This document shows positions 27,086 through 36,600 of a DNA stretch of 46,480 bases, in pieces. This DNA is from a candidate division WOR-3 bacterium (GTDB lineage: Bacteria > SDB-A): positions 1-46,480 of the forward strand of contig JAFGSQ010000042.1 in assembly GCA_016934535.1 (NCBI GenBank). The letters run 5' to 3'. The translations under genes and the position numbers were made by a program. The notes below the pieces were generated by a model. It saw only the letters and a program-made list of their open reading frames with translations, was not told where the DNA came from and ran no database searches. Within the stretch, counting starts at the first letter, position 1; every line of letters starts with the position of its first letter.

Positions 27086-29130
27086 CGTGTCAAATCTACA
27101 AACAGCATTTCTATGTCCGAAAGACCTGCCGAATCCTTAGACCAAGAATTCAGAGCCGAGAAAACATCTTCGCTGAAAACTTCGAGCGAAAAAGACGAAG
27201 CCCCGCCAAGTATTTCAACCAATCTGGCTTCGCCGAGTTTTTCGTACCTTATGTTTCTCAATTCCATGATTTCAGAAGTGCATGCAAAAAGCAATTTGCC
27301 CTCTGTCCGCTTTTCTTCCGAATATTTTTCCACTCCCTTTTTGTCAATTAAATAAACTGCTCTGCAATTACCTGCGTATATTTCGGTTTTTTCGGAATCA
27401 AACATCACGACAAATGACTCGGTTACGTTCAAACCTGTCATCCCAGAAACAGCGACATTCAGGTCCGATCCGTTTTGTTTTTCATAAACGAAGTGAAAAG
27501 TCAGAAGATTGACAAGTTTCAGCCAGTCTCTTGCGTCGTTTTTCCAATCGGCGAAACCGGCAAATATCCGCCCATTTCTGTTGAGGCAAAAAACCGTGTT
27601 GTTTCCTGTGTTGTCTCCAGTAATACTTTTAATCCTGATGTTCTTGTCACTGCATTTTTTCAAACTGGCGATAACTTCTCTTTTTGAATTTTTGTACTCT
27701 TCAGACCTGACTGATTTTTCAATTCCTTCAATTCTGACAAAAGAAGCAATGAGTCCTGAAATCCTTTTTGAAAATCCGACAAGTTCTTCTGTAAAACTTT
27801 TTTCCAGAGGCCCTGCCGGTTTATTGCCTATCGCCATTGCAGCGAGGTCCCAGCCCGAGAAAAACGGCAGCATCCAAAAACCTTTTTTTCTTGATATATT
27901 GAGCATGTCTTCAACGCACACGTTCTTGAATCCGAAGCTTGTTTCCTCATCAAAGACTATCAATTTTCCTGAGCTTTCGATGAAATTCACTAATCCGTCT
28001 TTTCTGTTTCCATCAAAGCCGTCCGGATAAACTCGTTCACCACTATCGGATGCATTCACGAAGAATGATTTGTCTTTTCGAACGTATACGCTGCATTCTG
28101 AACAGTTCAATGCTTTCTTCAGGTTTTCTGACAATTTTTCAGCAAATTCATTTGTACTTTCACTGCCGTTTATGCTTCTTTCAAAATCCAGTAAATGTTT
28201 CAGTCTCTTTTTAGGATTTTTGTATAGCGCAGAGAAAAAAAGTGCGTAAAAATACCTGAAACTCCATGAAAAGATCAGAGCGCCAAGCATACCGAATATG
28301 AAAAACCTTGCCTTGCCCGTAAAAGTAAAACAAACGGGTAGAACGGCAAAAAAACAAAAAACTGCAGAAGACGACAATAAAGACAGAAGTATAACAGCTA
28401 TCTTTCTTGAAGGGGTTTCTTTCAAAACAGGAAAAAAATCCTCATACAAAAAAAGAGCCATTGGTGCAGTCGCGGCTAAAAAGGTCGCTTCGGGAAAAAG
28501 CAGCACTGAAAGAAACAGCCCGATTAAGGATAAAAACGCTCCGACAAGAAAATGCTCGCCCTTTCTTCTGATCCCGACACTTTCGCTTTTTCGAACGGAA
28601 TCTGCCGCCGAAAAAACAAGAAAAATCACTGAAACCGAAGAAAGGAATATTAATGCCGTCTTGAGAGATGAAACGGTTGTATTTTCAGCAATCCAGACTG
28701 TCAGCAAAAAAGACAAAAAAGAGAGGGGAGGAAATAAATACAGCAGTCTCAGCAATATATAACCCGATTTTCTGTAAAAAGGCTTTTCTTCCGGAAAGAC
28801 GAAAGCGAGATGGATTACCAGGGTCGGGATCAAAGACAGAGCAGCCCCTTCCAAAACAACAGTTCCGGATATCATGCCTGCGAACAGGAAAGAGAAGACA
28901 ATGCCCAAAAAACAAACGAGAAAAGAGTGTTTAGGCAAATTGATTTTCTTAAAATTTGAAAATAGAATCAGAAAAGACAGAAAAACAGAAGCCGCGTAAA
29001 CATATAACGATCCAAGCCGGAAATATCCGAAAAACAGGGAAGCGGATAATAGCAGAGTCGCGGCTAAAAGTGACGAAGCGGCCAGAACGCTGATGACACT
29101 CCTGTATTCTTTTTGTCTTGAACCTTTCAT
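27082..29130 (-). CDS. Multi-pass membrane protein with GAF-like domain and degenerate SpoIIE/PP2C-like C-terminal domain
   Basis: About 300 aa hydrophobic N-terminus, GAF-like middle (LKKALNCSECSVYV...MAIGNK...FTEE), tail EKLGEARLVEIL...SDIEMLFV. Confidence 0.6.
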   Translation of the reverse strand: MKGSRQKEYRSVISVLAASSLLAATLLLSASLFFGYFRLGSLYVYAASVFLSFLILFSNFKKINLPKHSFLVCFLGIVFSFLFAGMISGTVVLEGAALSLIPTLVIHLAFVFPEEKPFYRKSGYILLRLLYLFPPLSFLSFLLTVWIAENTTVSSLKTALIFLSSVSVIFLVFSAADSVRKSESVGIRRKGEHFLVGAFLSLIGLFLSVLLFPEATFLAATAPMALFLYEDFFPVLKETPSRKIAVILLSLLSSSAVFCFFAVLPVCFTFTGKARFFIFGMLGALIFSWSFRYFYALFFSALYKNPKKRLKHLLDFERSINGSESTNEFAEKLSENLKKALNCSECSVYVRKDKSFFVNASDSGERVYPDGFDGNRKDGLVNFIESSGKLIVFDEETSFGFKNVCVEDMLNISRKKGFWMLPFFSGWDLAAMAIGNKPAGPLEKSFTEELVGFSKRISGLIASFVRIEGIEKSVRSEEYKNSKREVIASLKKCSDKNIRIKSITGDNTGNNTVFCLNRNGRIFAGFADWKNDARDWLKLVNLLTFHFVYEKQNGSDLNVAVSGMTGLNVTESFVVMFDSEKTEIYAGNCRAVYLIDKKGVEKYSEEKRTEGKLLFACTSEIMELRNIRYEKLGEARLVEILGGASSFSLEVFSEDVFSALNSWSKDSAGLSDIEMLFVDLTR

Positions 29131-31206
29131 TTATCCTCCGCACTCCTCGCATCCGCCGGCGTATTCCGAATCGACTGTTTTGAGTCTGCATGATTTGTCT
29201 TTAGGCTTCATGAGAACCTGATTGTTTTTACTGCCGTCTCTGTATATTGTTATTCCTTTGCAACCAAATTCGTAAGCGTTCAGGTAAACTTCCTCCACTT
29301 GTTTATGTGTCGCGGTGCTCGGAAAATTAACCGTTTTACTGACGGCATTGTCCGTATATTTCTGAAATGCTGCCTGTATTCTGACGTGCCAAATGGGTTC
29401 AATATCATGCGCCGTTTTAAAAACATTTTTTAATTTTTCGGGGATATTTTTCATTTCTTTAAGCTTTATCCCTTCTCCAATAGCTGATATGACAGCCCTT
29501 TTGTCAATTCCTTCTCTGTCAAGCGCGTCGTTGAGCAATCCATTTACTTCCAAAAAATGCGTTCCGTCCAAAACGTTTCTTATAAAAACGAGATCAAAAC
29601 ACGGTTCGATGCCGCTCGCAGTTGCGGCAATTATGCTTATTGATCCTGTGGGGGCTATCGTCGTCAATGTGGCGTTTCGTCTCGGTTTTTCATTTCTTTC
29701 AGCCATTACACTTAGGCTGTAATTGGGAAAAGTTCCTTTTTCTGCTGCAATATCCTTAGAAGCCAGGTCCGCTTCAGTTTGGATGAATTTCATGACTTCT
29801 TCCGCTTTTTTCTCTGCGGCCAAAGAGTCGTACGGTACTCCGAGCAAAATCAGAAAATCGGCAAAACCCATCACACCAAGACCGATTTTTCTGTTTTTTT
29901 TGACAGTTTCTTCTATCAGAGGCAGAGGATATCGGGACACGTCTATAACGTTGTCAAGAAACCTCACGGACGTTGCGACAGTTTCTTTTAATGAATCCCA
30001 GTCCACCTGATTGTTTTTTACGAATTTAGAAAGGTTAATGGAACCGAGATTGCATGCCTCGTTGGGAAGAAGCGGTTGTTCTCCGCATGGATTTGTCGCT
30101 TCGATCAAACCAAGATTTTTCATTGTATGAAGTGAATTAATCCTGTCTATGAAAATGACTCCGGGATCTCCGCTTTCCCAGGCTTTTGAAACGATAAGCT
30201 GAAAAATCTCATTGGCATCCGCTTTAGCCGTCTCTCTGCCATTTTTGGGATTTATCTGAGAATAACTTTTTTTCTGGCGCACTGCTTTGAGGAAATTGTC
30301 TGTCAACGCAACTGAAATGTTGAAGTTTGTAAATTGACCTTCGCTTACTTTTGATGTGATGAACGAAGCTATATCTGGATGGTCAACTTTGAGAACACCC
30401 ATGTTCGCTCCCCTTCTTTTTCCTCCCTGTTTTATAACTTCAGTAGCGATGTCGAAAACCCTCATGAAGGAAACGGGACCGGAAGCTATACCGCCAGTAG
30501 ACCTGACTTCATCGTTTGCGGGTCTGAGCCTCGAAAACGAAAAACCGGTTCCGCCGCCTGTCTTGTGTATCAAGGCGGCATATTTTACTGCATCAAAAAT
30601 ACCTTCTATGGAATCTTCTACCGGTATGACGAAACAAGCCGCAAGCTGAGGGAAATCTGTTCCGGCATTCATCAATGTCGGCGAATTCGGAAGAAAAAAG
30701 CCTTCGTTCATATTTCTAAAAAATTCTTCTTTCCAGTAATCAGCCTTTTTATCAGAAAAAAATTTTTCGGCAGAAGAGACACATTCCGAAACTCTTTCGA
30801 ACATCTCTTTTGGAGATTCAATGACGTTCCCCTCTATATCCTTCAGCAAATAACGCGATCTGAGAACTTCCAACGCATTTAGAGGAAGTTTGGCCTCGTC
30901 TTTTTCTACACCGAAAATCACCTTTTTAGCCGTTCTCAGTGCAGCGTGCTCCTGTCTGTAGAGAATGTACGCTTTAGCGACTTCGAAATAATCCTGTTTC
31001 ATCAGTTCGTTTTCGACAATGTCCTGAACTTTTTCTATGTCAATTTCTGTTTCTTCTCTTTTTTCGATTTCCTTAATGACATTATCCGTGACAATTTTGA
31101 CCGGAACAGGATCCAATCCCTTGGCTGAAAAGGCTTTGGAAACCGCTTTTTCAATTTTAGATTTATCGAAATCGACTATTTGTCCGGATCTTTTTTTTAC
31201 TTTCAT
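29131..31206 (-). CDS. nrdJ: Class II (adenosylcobalamin-dependent) ribonucleotide reductase with N-terminal ATP cone
   Basis: VKKRSG ATP cone, PNSPTLMNAG, ACFV, GGGTG, TNPCGEQPL, CNLGSINL, TIAPTGSIS, C-terminal CEEC; no class I beta-subunit gene nearby. Confidence 0.9.
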   Translation of the reverse strand: MKVKKRSGQIVDFDKSKIEKAVSKAFSAKGLDPVPVKIVTDNVIKEIEKREETEIDIEKVQDIVENELMKQDYFEVAKAYILYRQEHAALRTAKKVIFGVEKDEAKLPLNALEVLRSRYLLKDIEGNVIESPKEMFERVSECVSSAEKFFSDKKADYWKEEFFRNMNEGFFLPNSPTLMNAGTDFPQLAACFVIPVEDSIEGIFDAVKYAALIHKTGGGTGFSFSRLRPANDEVRSTGGIASGPVSFMRVFDIATEVIKQGGKRRGANMGVLKVDHPDIASFITSKVSEGQFTNFNISVALTDNFLKAVRQKKSYSQINPKNGRETAKADANEIFQLIVSKAWESGDPGVIFIDRINSLHTMKNLGLIEATNPCGEQPLLPNEACNLGSINLSKFVKNNQVDWDSLKETVATSVRFLDNVIDVSRYPLPLIEETVKKNRKIGLGVMGFADFLILLGVPYDSLAAEKKAEEVMKFIQTEADLASKDIAAEKGTFPNYSLSVMAERNEKPRRNATLTTIAPTGSISIIAATASGIEPCFDLVFIRNVLDGTHFLEVNGLLNDALDREGIDKRAVISAIGEGIKLKEMKNIPEKLKNVFKTAHDIEPIWHVRIQAAFQKYTDNAVSKTVNFPSTATHKQVEEVYLNAYEFGCKGITIYRDGSKNNQVLMKPKDKSCRLKTVDSEYAGGCEECGG

Positions 31207-31898
31207 ATAAATCCTCTCGAATTGACTCGCGCAAACCGCGACCTTGCAATTTTTATCATTTTTTCGACGATTTCATAATCGTGGGGTTTCAAGTTTTTAA
31301 ATTCGGGATCGAGTGTCTTGTCAGGGACAAATTGCTGCAAAACCAAATCCCTGTCGCCGCCGAGGATTGAACTGATTTTGTTCATGTCTTCTTCCTCGAC
31401 CAGACCCGGCACTACAGTTGTTCTCAATTCATAACAGATACCGGCGGCGTCGAGAGTCTTAACTATTTCTAATATGCCGTCGAAATTGAAGCCGGCATTA
31501 ACTGCCTTAAAATATTTTTCGGGCGAGCTTTTTACGTCAATAGACACAAAATCAACGCACTTCATCTCAGCTATTCCGGCAATCATACCTGGATTTGAAC
31601 CATTGGTGTCCAGTTTGACAGCGAAATGATTTCGTTTGAGAAGCACCATGAAATCAATTAAATCATCATGAATTGTCGGTTCACCGCCGGAGACGACAAC
31701 CGAATCTATTAGTTTTTTTCTTTTTTTGAGTGTCTCTATGATTTCATCGACCGTCTCGACGCCTTCTTTTTTTATAGCGACAAGCTCAGAATTGTGACAA
31801 AAAGGGCACCTGCAGTTGCAGCCCTGCGTGAATAAGACCGAACTTATCCTGCCGGGATAATCAATGGAAGAAAACGGAAGAAAACCTCCTATTATCAT
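31203..31898 (-). CDS. nrdG: Anaerobic RNR activating enzyme (radical SAM)
   Basis: DYPG, CNCRCPFCHN (CxxxCxxC), SGGEPT, KLDTNG; adjacent to nrdD. Confidence 0.92.
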   Translation of the reverse strand: MIIGGFLPFSSIDYPGRISSVLFTQGCNCRCPFCHNSELVAIKKEGVETVDEIIETLKKRKKLIDSVVVSGGEPTIHDDLIDFMVLLKRNHFAVKLDTNGSNPGMIAGIAEMKCVDFVSIDVKSSPEKYFKAVNAGFNFDGILEIVKTLDAAGICYELRTTVVPGLVEEEDMNKISSILGGDRDLVLQQFVPDKTLDPEFKNLKPHDYEIVEKMIKIARSRFARVNSRGFI

Positions 31899-31916
31899 CT
31901 GCGAGCTTCAATTTAA

Positions 31917-34052
31917 TCAGACGACTGCGGCCGCAAACTTCACTGCTTCTCTCTGGAAAATCTGATCGTTTTGGCGATGAGTATCTTTTTGAATAATGTA
32001 GGTTTTTCTCTGAGCAAATTCTTCTTTCTTGCCTTTGTTCCAGTTTTTGACAGGCCTGTAATATCCCACCACTCTGCTGTATATTTCAGTCTCTCTGCCG
32101 CATTTAGGACAGGTTGCAACGCTTCCTTTGATATATCCATCGTCGGGACACACCGAAAAAGTCGGGGAAATCGTGAAATACGGAAGGGTGTATCCGTACG
32201 CGACTCTTTTGACAACATTTTTTATGCAAGTGCTCTCTGCGCTTTCGCCTAGGAATATGTGAAGTACGGTTCCTCCCGTGTACTTTGCCTGTAACTCTTC
32301 CTGATGCTCGAGGACTTTGAATACGTCGTCCGAGTAACCGACGGGAAGAAGGCTGGAGTTTGTGTAATACGGATTGTTTTCTCCGCAGGCTATTATGTTT
32401 CTGAACAGCTTTTTGTCCATTTTTGAGAGCCTGTACGAAGCGCCTTCCGCTGGAGTGGCTTCCAGGTTGTAAAGGTGTCCGGTTTCCTGCTGATATTTTA
32501 TTAGTTTTTCTCTCATGAAATCAAGCGTCTTCTTGGCAAACGCTTTTCCTTTAGGTGTCGAAATATCTTCGTCAGGACCGAAAAAGTTTATTACGGATTC
32601 GTTTACTCCGACCAGGCCGATTGTTGAGAAATGATTTGCCAGAGATCCAAGATATATCTTACTGTAAGGAAACAATCCCATATCCATGTTTTTCTGAACA
32701 ATTTTCCTCTTAATTTCCAAGCTGTCTCTTGCAATGTCCATTACTGCCGAAAGCCTTCTGAAAAATTCGTTTTCGTCTGAAGAGAGATATCCGATTCTCG
32801 GCATGTTTATGGTGACGACTCCTATGGATCCAGTCTGCTCACCGCTTCCGAAAAGACCTCCTGTTTTATTTTTCAGTTCTCTGATGTCGAGCTGAAGACG
32901 GCAGCACATCGATCTGACGTCGGAGGGTTTCAGAGAACTGTTAACAAAATTCTGAAAATAAGGAATGCCGTACTTCGCGGTCAGTTCAAAAAGAAGCTCC
33001 ACGTTTTCGCCTTCCCAGTTGAAATCTTTTGTTATGTTGTAAGTAGGTATTGGAAATGTAAAAATTCTTCCCGTCGAGTCTCCTTCCATCATGACTTCAA
33101 TGAAGGCTTTGTTTATCATGTCCATTTCTTTCTGAAAATCGCCGTAGACGAAATCTGTAAATTCAGTCCCTATTTGAACCGGTTGATTTTTCAGATCGGG
33201 AGGAACCACCCAGTCAAAAGTCAGATTAGTGAAAGGAGTCTGTCCTCCCCATCTTGAAGCGACATTGAGGTTGAAGACAAAAGACTGAATTGCCTGTTTG
33301 ACCTGTCTGTAATCGAGATTGTCTATACGCACATAGGGGGCGAGATAGGTGTCGAAAGAATTAAAAGCCTGCGCTCCCGCCCATTCATTTTGAGCCGTAC
33401 CCAAAAAATTGACTATCTGGCCAAGCGCAGAGAGCAGATGCTTAGGAGGTTCTGCAGAAACTTTGGCGGGAACTCCTCCGAATCCGTTTGTCAAAAGGCT
33501 CCTTATAGACCATCCGGCACAGTAGCCGGCTATACCCATAGAAAGATCATGAATGTGTAAGTCGCCGTGTCGGTGGGCGTAAGCTATCTCAGGGGGATAG
33601 ATTTTGTTCAATGAATAATTGGCAACGACACTTCCGGCTGCGTGCAAAAGAAGGCCGGAGAAAGAATAATCAGAGTTTGAATTTTCCTTGACTCTCCAGT
33701 CGCTTTGCAAAACATAACTGTCCAAAGTTTCAACCACGTCCAGAAGGGATTTTCTCACGTCTCTTATACTTTTATGCTGTTCTCTGTACAGAATGTATGC
33801 TTTTGCCGCATCGTATTCATTGTGCTCGAAAAGCTTTCTTTCTACTATGTCTTGAGTTTCTTCGACTTCAGGATAGTACAGGTTTTCAGATGTTCGCAGG
33901 ATTTCAAATGTCTCGAAGGCGATTTTCCGGACTTTTTCTTCGTTTTGGGTTCCAACCGCATCGAGAGCTTTTCTAACCGCATCTTCGATTCTCTGGATGT
34001 CGAACGGTACTATTCTGCCGTCTCTTTTTTTCATACAGCTCATTTCTCTCAT
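31917..34052 (-). CDS. nrdD: Class III anaerobic ribonucleoside-triphosphate reductase with ATP cone
   Basis: KKRDGR ATP cone, HIHDL, YCAGW, RSMCCRL, EATPAE, glycyl-radical motif YSRVVGYY. Confidence 0.93.
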   Translation of the reverse strand: MREMSCMKKRDGRIVPFDIQRIEDAVRKALDAVGTQNEEKVRKIAFETFEILRTSENLYYPEVEETQDIVERKLFEHNEYDAAKAYILYREQHKSIRDVRKSLLDVVETLDSYVLQSDWRVKENSNSDYSFSGLLLHAAGSVVANYSLNKIYPPEIAYAHRHGDLHIHDLSMGIAGYCAGWSIRSLLTNGFGGVPAKVSAEPPKHLLSALGQIVNFLGTAQNEWAGAQAFNSFDTYLAPYVRIDNLDYRQVKQAIQSFVFNLNVASRWGGQTPFTNLTFDWVVPPDLKNQPVQIGTEFTDFVYGDFQKEMDMINKAFIEVMMEGDSTGRIFTFPIPTYNITKDFNWEGENVELLFELTAKYGIPYFQNFVNSSLKPSDVRSMCCRLQLDIRELKNKTGGLFGSGEQTGSIGVVTINMPRIGYLSSDENEFFRRLSAVMDIARDSLEIKRKIVQKNMDMGLFPYSKIYLGSLANHFSTIGLVGVNESVINFFGPDEDISTPKGKAFAKKTLDFMREKLIKYQQETGHLYNLEATPAEGASYRLSKMDKKLFRNIIACGENNPYYTNSSLLPVGYSDDVFKVLEHQEELQAKYTGGTVLHIFLGESAESTCIKNVVKRVAYGYTLPYFTISPTFSVCPDDGYIKGSVATCPKCGRETEIYSRVVGYYRPVKNWNKGKKEEFAQRKTYIIQKDTHRQNDQIFQREAVKFAAAVV

Positions 34053-34517
34053 CTACTTCTTACCTCCGTCGTCGAACATCTTTTTGAGCTCTTTCAGGAA
34101 CTCTTCTTTATCTTTGAATTGTCTGTACACTGATGCAAATCTGACGTAGGAAACTTCATCGAGGTTTTTCAGAGCTCTGATGACTTTTTCTCCGATTTCT
34201 TTCGAGGGTACCTCGACTTTGGAAAGTGTGTACACGTCAGTCTCAATGTCGTCGACAATTTTTTCTATCTGCTCTCTCGATATCGGTCTCTTTTTACAAG
34301 CCAGTTCAATCCCTTCAAGGAGCTTTTCTCTGCTGAACGGTTCCCTTCTGTCGTCTTTTTTTACTATCATGAGTGGAACTTTCTCAACGTATTCATAGGT
34401 GGTAAATCTTTTAGAACAAATCGTGCATTCCCGTCTTCTCCGCACGGAGTGTCCTTCTTTGCTGGGCCTCGAATCGACAACTTTATTGTCTTCACTACCA
34501 CAAAACGGACACCTCAT
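34053..34517 (-). CDS. nrdR: Transcriptional repressor NrdR
   Basis: MRCPFC..VVDSR..RRRREC..C..RFTTYE, ATP cone, YVRFASVYR. Confidence 0.97.
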   Translation of the reverse strand: MRCPFCGSEDNKVVDSRPSKEGHSVRRRRECTICSKRFTTYEYVEKVPLMIVKKDDRREPFSREKLLEGIELACKKRPISREQIEKIVDDIETDVYTLSKVEVPSKEIGEKVIRALKNLDEVSYVRFASVYRQFKDKEEFLKELKKMFDDGGKK

Positions 34518-34541
34518 ATTGCCTCCTGTGAATTGATCCAG

Positions 34542-34557
34542 AAGCTATATTTTGTGG
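34542..34557. promoter_or_regulatory. NrdR box overlapping the putative -10 of the nrdR promoter
   Basis: aagCtAtATtTtGtgg matches all strongly conserved positions of the acaCwAtATaTwGtgt consensus. Minus-strand TTGACA at 34577-34572, N17, CAAAAT (34554-34549). Confidence 0.8.
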
Positions 34558-34668
34558 TATCAAATAGATTTTGTCAAGGGATTGTATAAAATATTTCTAT
34601 TTTTTTTCTTAGGCTATAAAGCCCGCTGTTGCGATTTTTAGAAAAATACATTAAAGCTTTACTTTAAT

Positions 34669-35802
34669 TTAGTAGGTTTGCGCAGGAGAAATTCCATTCA
34701 ACGCAAGATTTGCAGCGTCCTTCAAGGCTTTCATCTCGTCTCCCCCAGGAATGCAATAGAACGGAGCCATCCATTCTATCCTTTCTCTTATAAAATCGAC
34801 TATGAACCCGCAGTAGGCAATTCCTCCGGTAAAAATAATCGCGTCCGGCTTTTTACAGAGAACCCCGCAAAGAGAGCCGACCTCTTTGCATATCTGATAA
34901 GCCATGGCTTCTATGACTTCCCTTGCTTTTTCTTCTGTTATGTCATAGTTTATCTGAGCTCTTTCCGAAGCAGTCAATGTTTTTCCATCAACAAATTTTT
35001 CGAGAATAATAAGATCCGAAGTTCCGAGATAGGCTACAAGTCCGCCTCTTCCCTTGATTTTCAGTTTGATTTCCTGATGGCTGTATTTTCCAGAAAAGCA
35101 CATTTTAGCAAGTCCCCCGGAAGGAACTCCTCCGCTCCTCTGAGGAGTGAATGGTCCGTCTCCGTCCAGTGCGTTGTTTACGTCCACGACTTTTCCTTTT
35201 CTGTGAAGTCCTATGGACAGACCGCCACCGCCATGAACTATTATCAAATCGAGTTCTTCGTAGGGTTTTCCGATTTTATCGGCAACAATCCTCCCCACTC
35301 TCCTCTGATTCAGTGCGTGAAAAATAGAAAGGCGTGGATTCTCGGGCATTCCGGAATACCTCGCCCATTTCCACATCTCGTCGACAACGACCGGATCGGC
35401 TATGAAAGCGTCAATTTTTTTTTTAGAAGTTTCAAAAACCTTATCTGCCAAAGCTTTGGAGAGGATACCACCTAGATTTGACGGGTGCTCTCCGTTGAGG
35501 CCGTTTTTAAGGTCTTCTATCATCTTATCGTTGACAAGATATGTCCCTCCCTGTATCGGTCTCAAAAGACCTCCCCTTCCGATGACAGCGTCAATTGTGC
35601 TTAAGTCGATTTTCTTTTCATCGAGAGTTTTGAGTATCAGATCCATCCTCATCTCGAATTGTGATATTACGGTTTTGGATTCGTAAGGTTTCATATGTTC
35701 CGCTGAATACCTTGTCACCGCGTGAAATGTTTCTTTATCACCCTCAAAATAACTGAGTTCGTCGCTGGTGGATCCCGGATTTATTACCAACACTCTGTAC
35801 AT
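34669..35802 (-). CDS. buk: Butyrate kinase family (ASKHA) protein with atypical phosphate loop
   Basis: INPGSTS, GRGGLL, HPSNLG, DPVVVDE, FHALNQ, DVNNALDGDGPF, AMAYQ, TGGIA. Confidence 0.85.
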   Translation of the reverse strand: MYRVLVINPGSTSDELSYFEGDKETFHAVTRYSAEHMKPYESKTVISQFEMRMDLILKTLDEKKIDLSTIDAVIGRGGLLRPIQGGTYLVNDKMIEDLKNGLNGEHPSNLGGILSKALADKVFETSKKKIDAFIADPVVVDEMWKWARYSGMPENPRLSIFHALNQRRVGRIVADKIGKPYEELDLIIVHGGGGLSIGLHRKGKVVDVNNALDGDGPFTPQRSGGVPSGGLAKMCFSGKYSHQEIKLKIKGRGGLVAYLGTSDLIILEKFVDGKTLTASERAQINYDITEEKAREVIEAMAYQICKEVGSLCGVLCKKPDAIIFTGGIAYCGFIVDFIRERIEWMAPFYCIPGGDEMKALKDAANLALNGISPAQTY

Positions 35803-35838
35803 CTTTTCTCTCCTCGAATGTATGTTGCCGTCAAATAA

Positions 35839-36591
35839 TCAAAAAAGTCCTTCGTAGGTTATTTCCATGCATCGGGATATTTCCGACCATCTGGTTCCGG
35901 ACGCACCATTTTCGGTAATGTTTATAAAGTAAAAAGCCACGCTTAAATCCATTGACGCCCAGACTTTGGCACCGGCATTCAGGTATCCCCTTCCTTCCCC
36001 GAATATTCCGTCTTTTTCCATGTCGTTCAGCGCGAATCTGTAATCTGCCAGCACTTCAACAATGTTTTCAAAACATACCTGTCCGCCAAGGAAGACATCG
36101 ACAGGGTTCTCTGTGCTGTCGGCATCTGGTTCAAAAGAGAATCCGGCGTGAAGTCCGGCGTAGTCAAAAACGTCAAAAGCCTTGCTTCCTACCAGATAAA
36201 ATTCGAGCGGCTTTCTGTAAAATCTGCTGTAAGACCTGTCATAGGAACCGTATCCGTAAGAGCTGTAACCTATTGCTATCGCAGGAAAAAATATGTTCTC
36301 CTCTATCATTCTGAAACGTGCTTCTATGAAGGGGTAAGGGTTCCAATCGGGATCTCCTTCTCCTATTATATTACCTCCGCCGTAGCCGAGAAGCACATAA
36401 AATCTGTTGATAAAAGATACACCGGTGTATCCTGTCAGCCTTCCTCCCGGATCTTGCCTGAGATCGAATACATATCCTCCGTGCGGCGGCACGCCGGCCG
36501 TCGGGATTTCTATTACTTTCAAAGGCTGGAAATCGGCATAAAATATCTTTGAAACAGTCAACAATATAACCGCGGTCAGTGTTTTCTTCAT
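35839..36591 (-). CDS. Putative outer-membrane beta-barrel protein (YjbH-domain-like)
   Basis: Signal peptide, PTAG motif, alternating aromatic/Gly strands, C-terminal Phe (ITYEGLF). Confidence 0.6.
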   Translation of the reverse strand: MKKTLTAVILLTVSKIFYADFQPLKVIEIPTAGVPPHGGYVFDLRQDPGGRLTGYTGVSFINRFYVLLGYGGGNIIGEGDPDWNPYPFIEARFRMIEENIFFPAIAIGYSSYGYGSYDRSYSRFYRKPLEFYLVGSKAFDVFDYAGLHAGFSFEPDADSTENPVDVFLGGQVCFENIVEVLADYRFALNDMEKDGIFGEGRGYLNAGAKVWASMDLSVAFYFINITENGASGTRWSEISRCMEITYEGLF

Positions 36592-36600
36592 AGCAACCCC

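Noticed and set aside
34561..34587. Possible second NrdR box (caaatagattttgtca at 34561 or tgtcaagggattgtat at 34572)
   Set aside because: Each misses one or two core positions; cannot be supported without a PWM.
34678..35475. 265-aa plus-strand ORF
   Set aside because: Antisense to buk, no RBS or motif, composition typical of a reverse-strand shadow.
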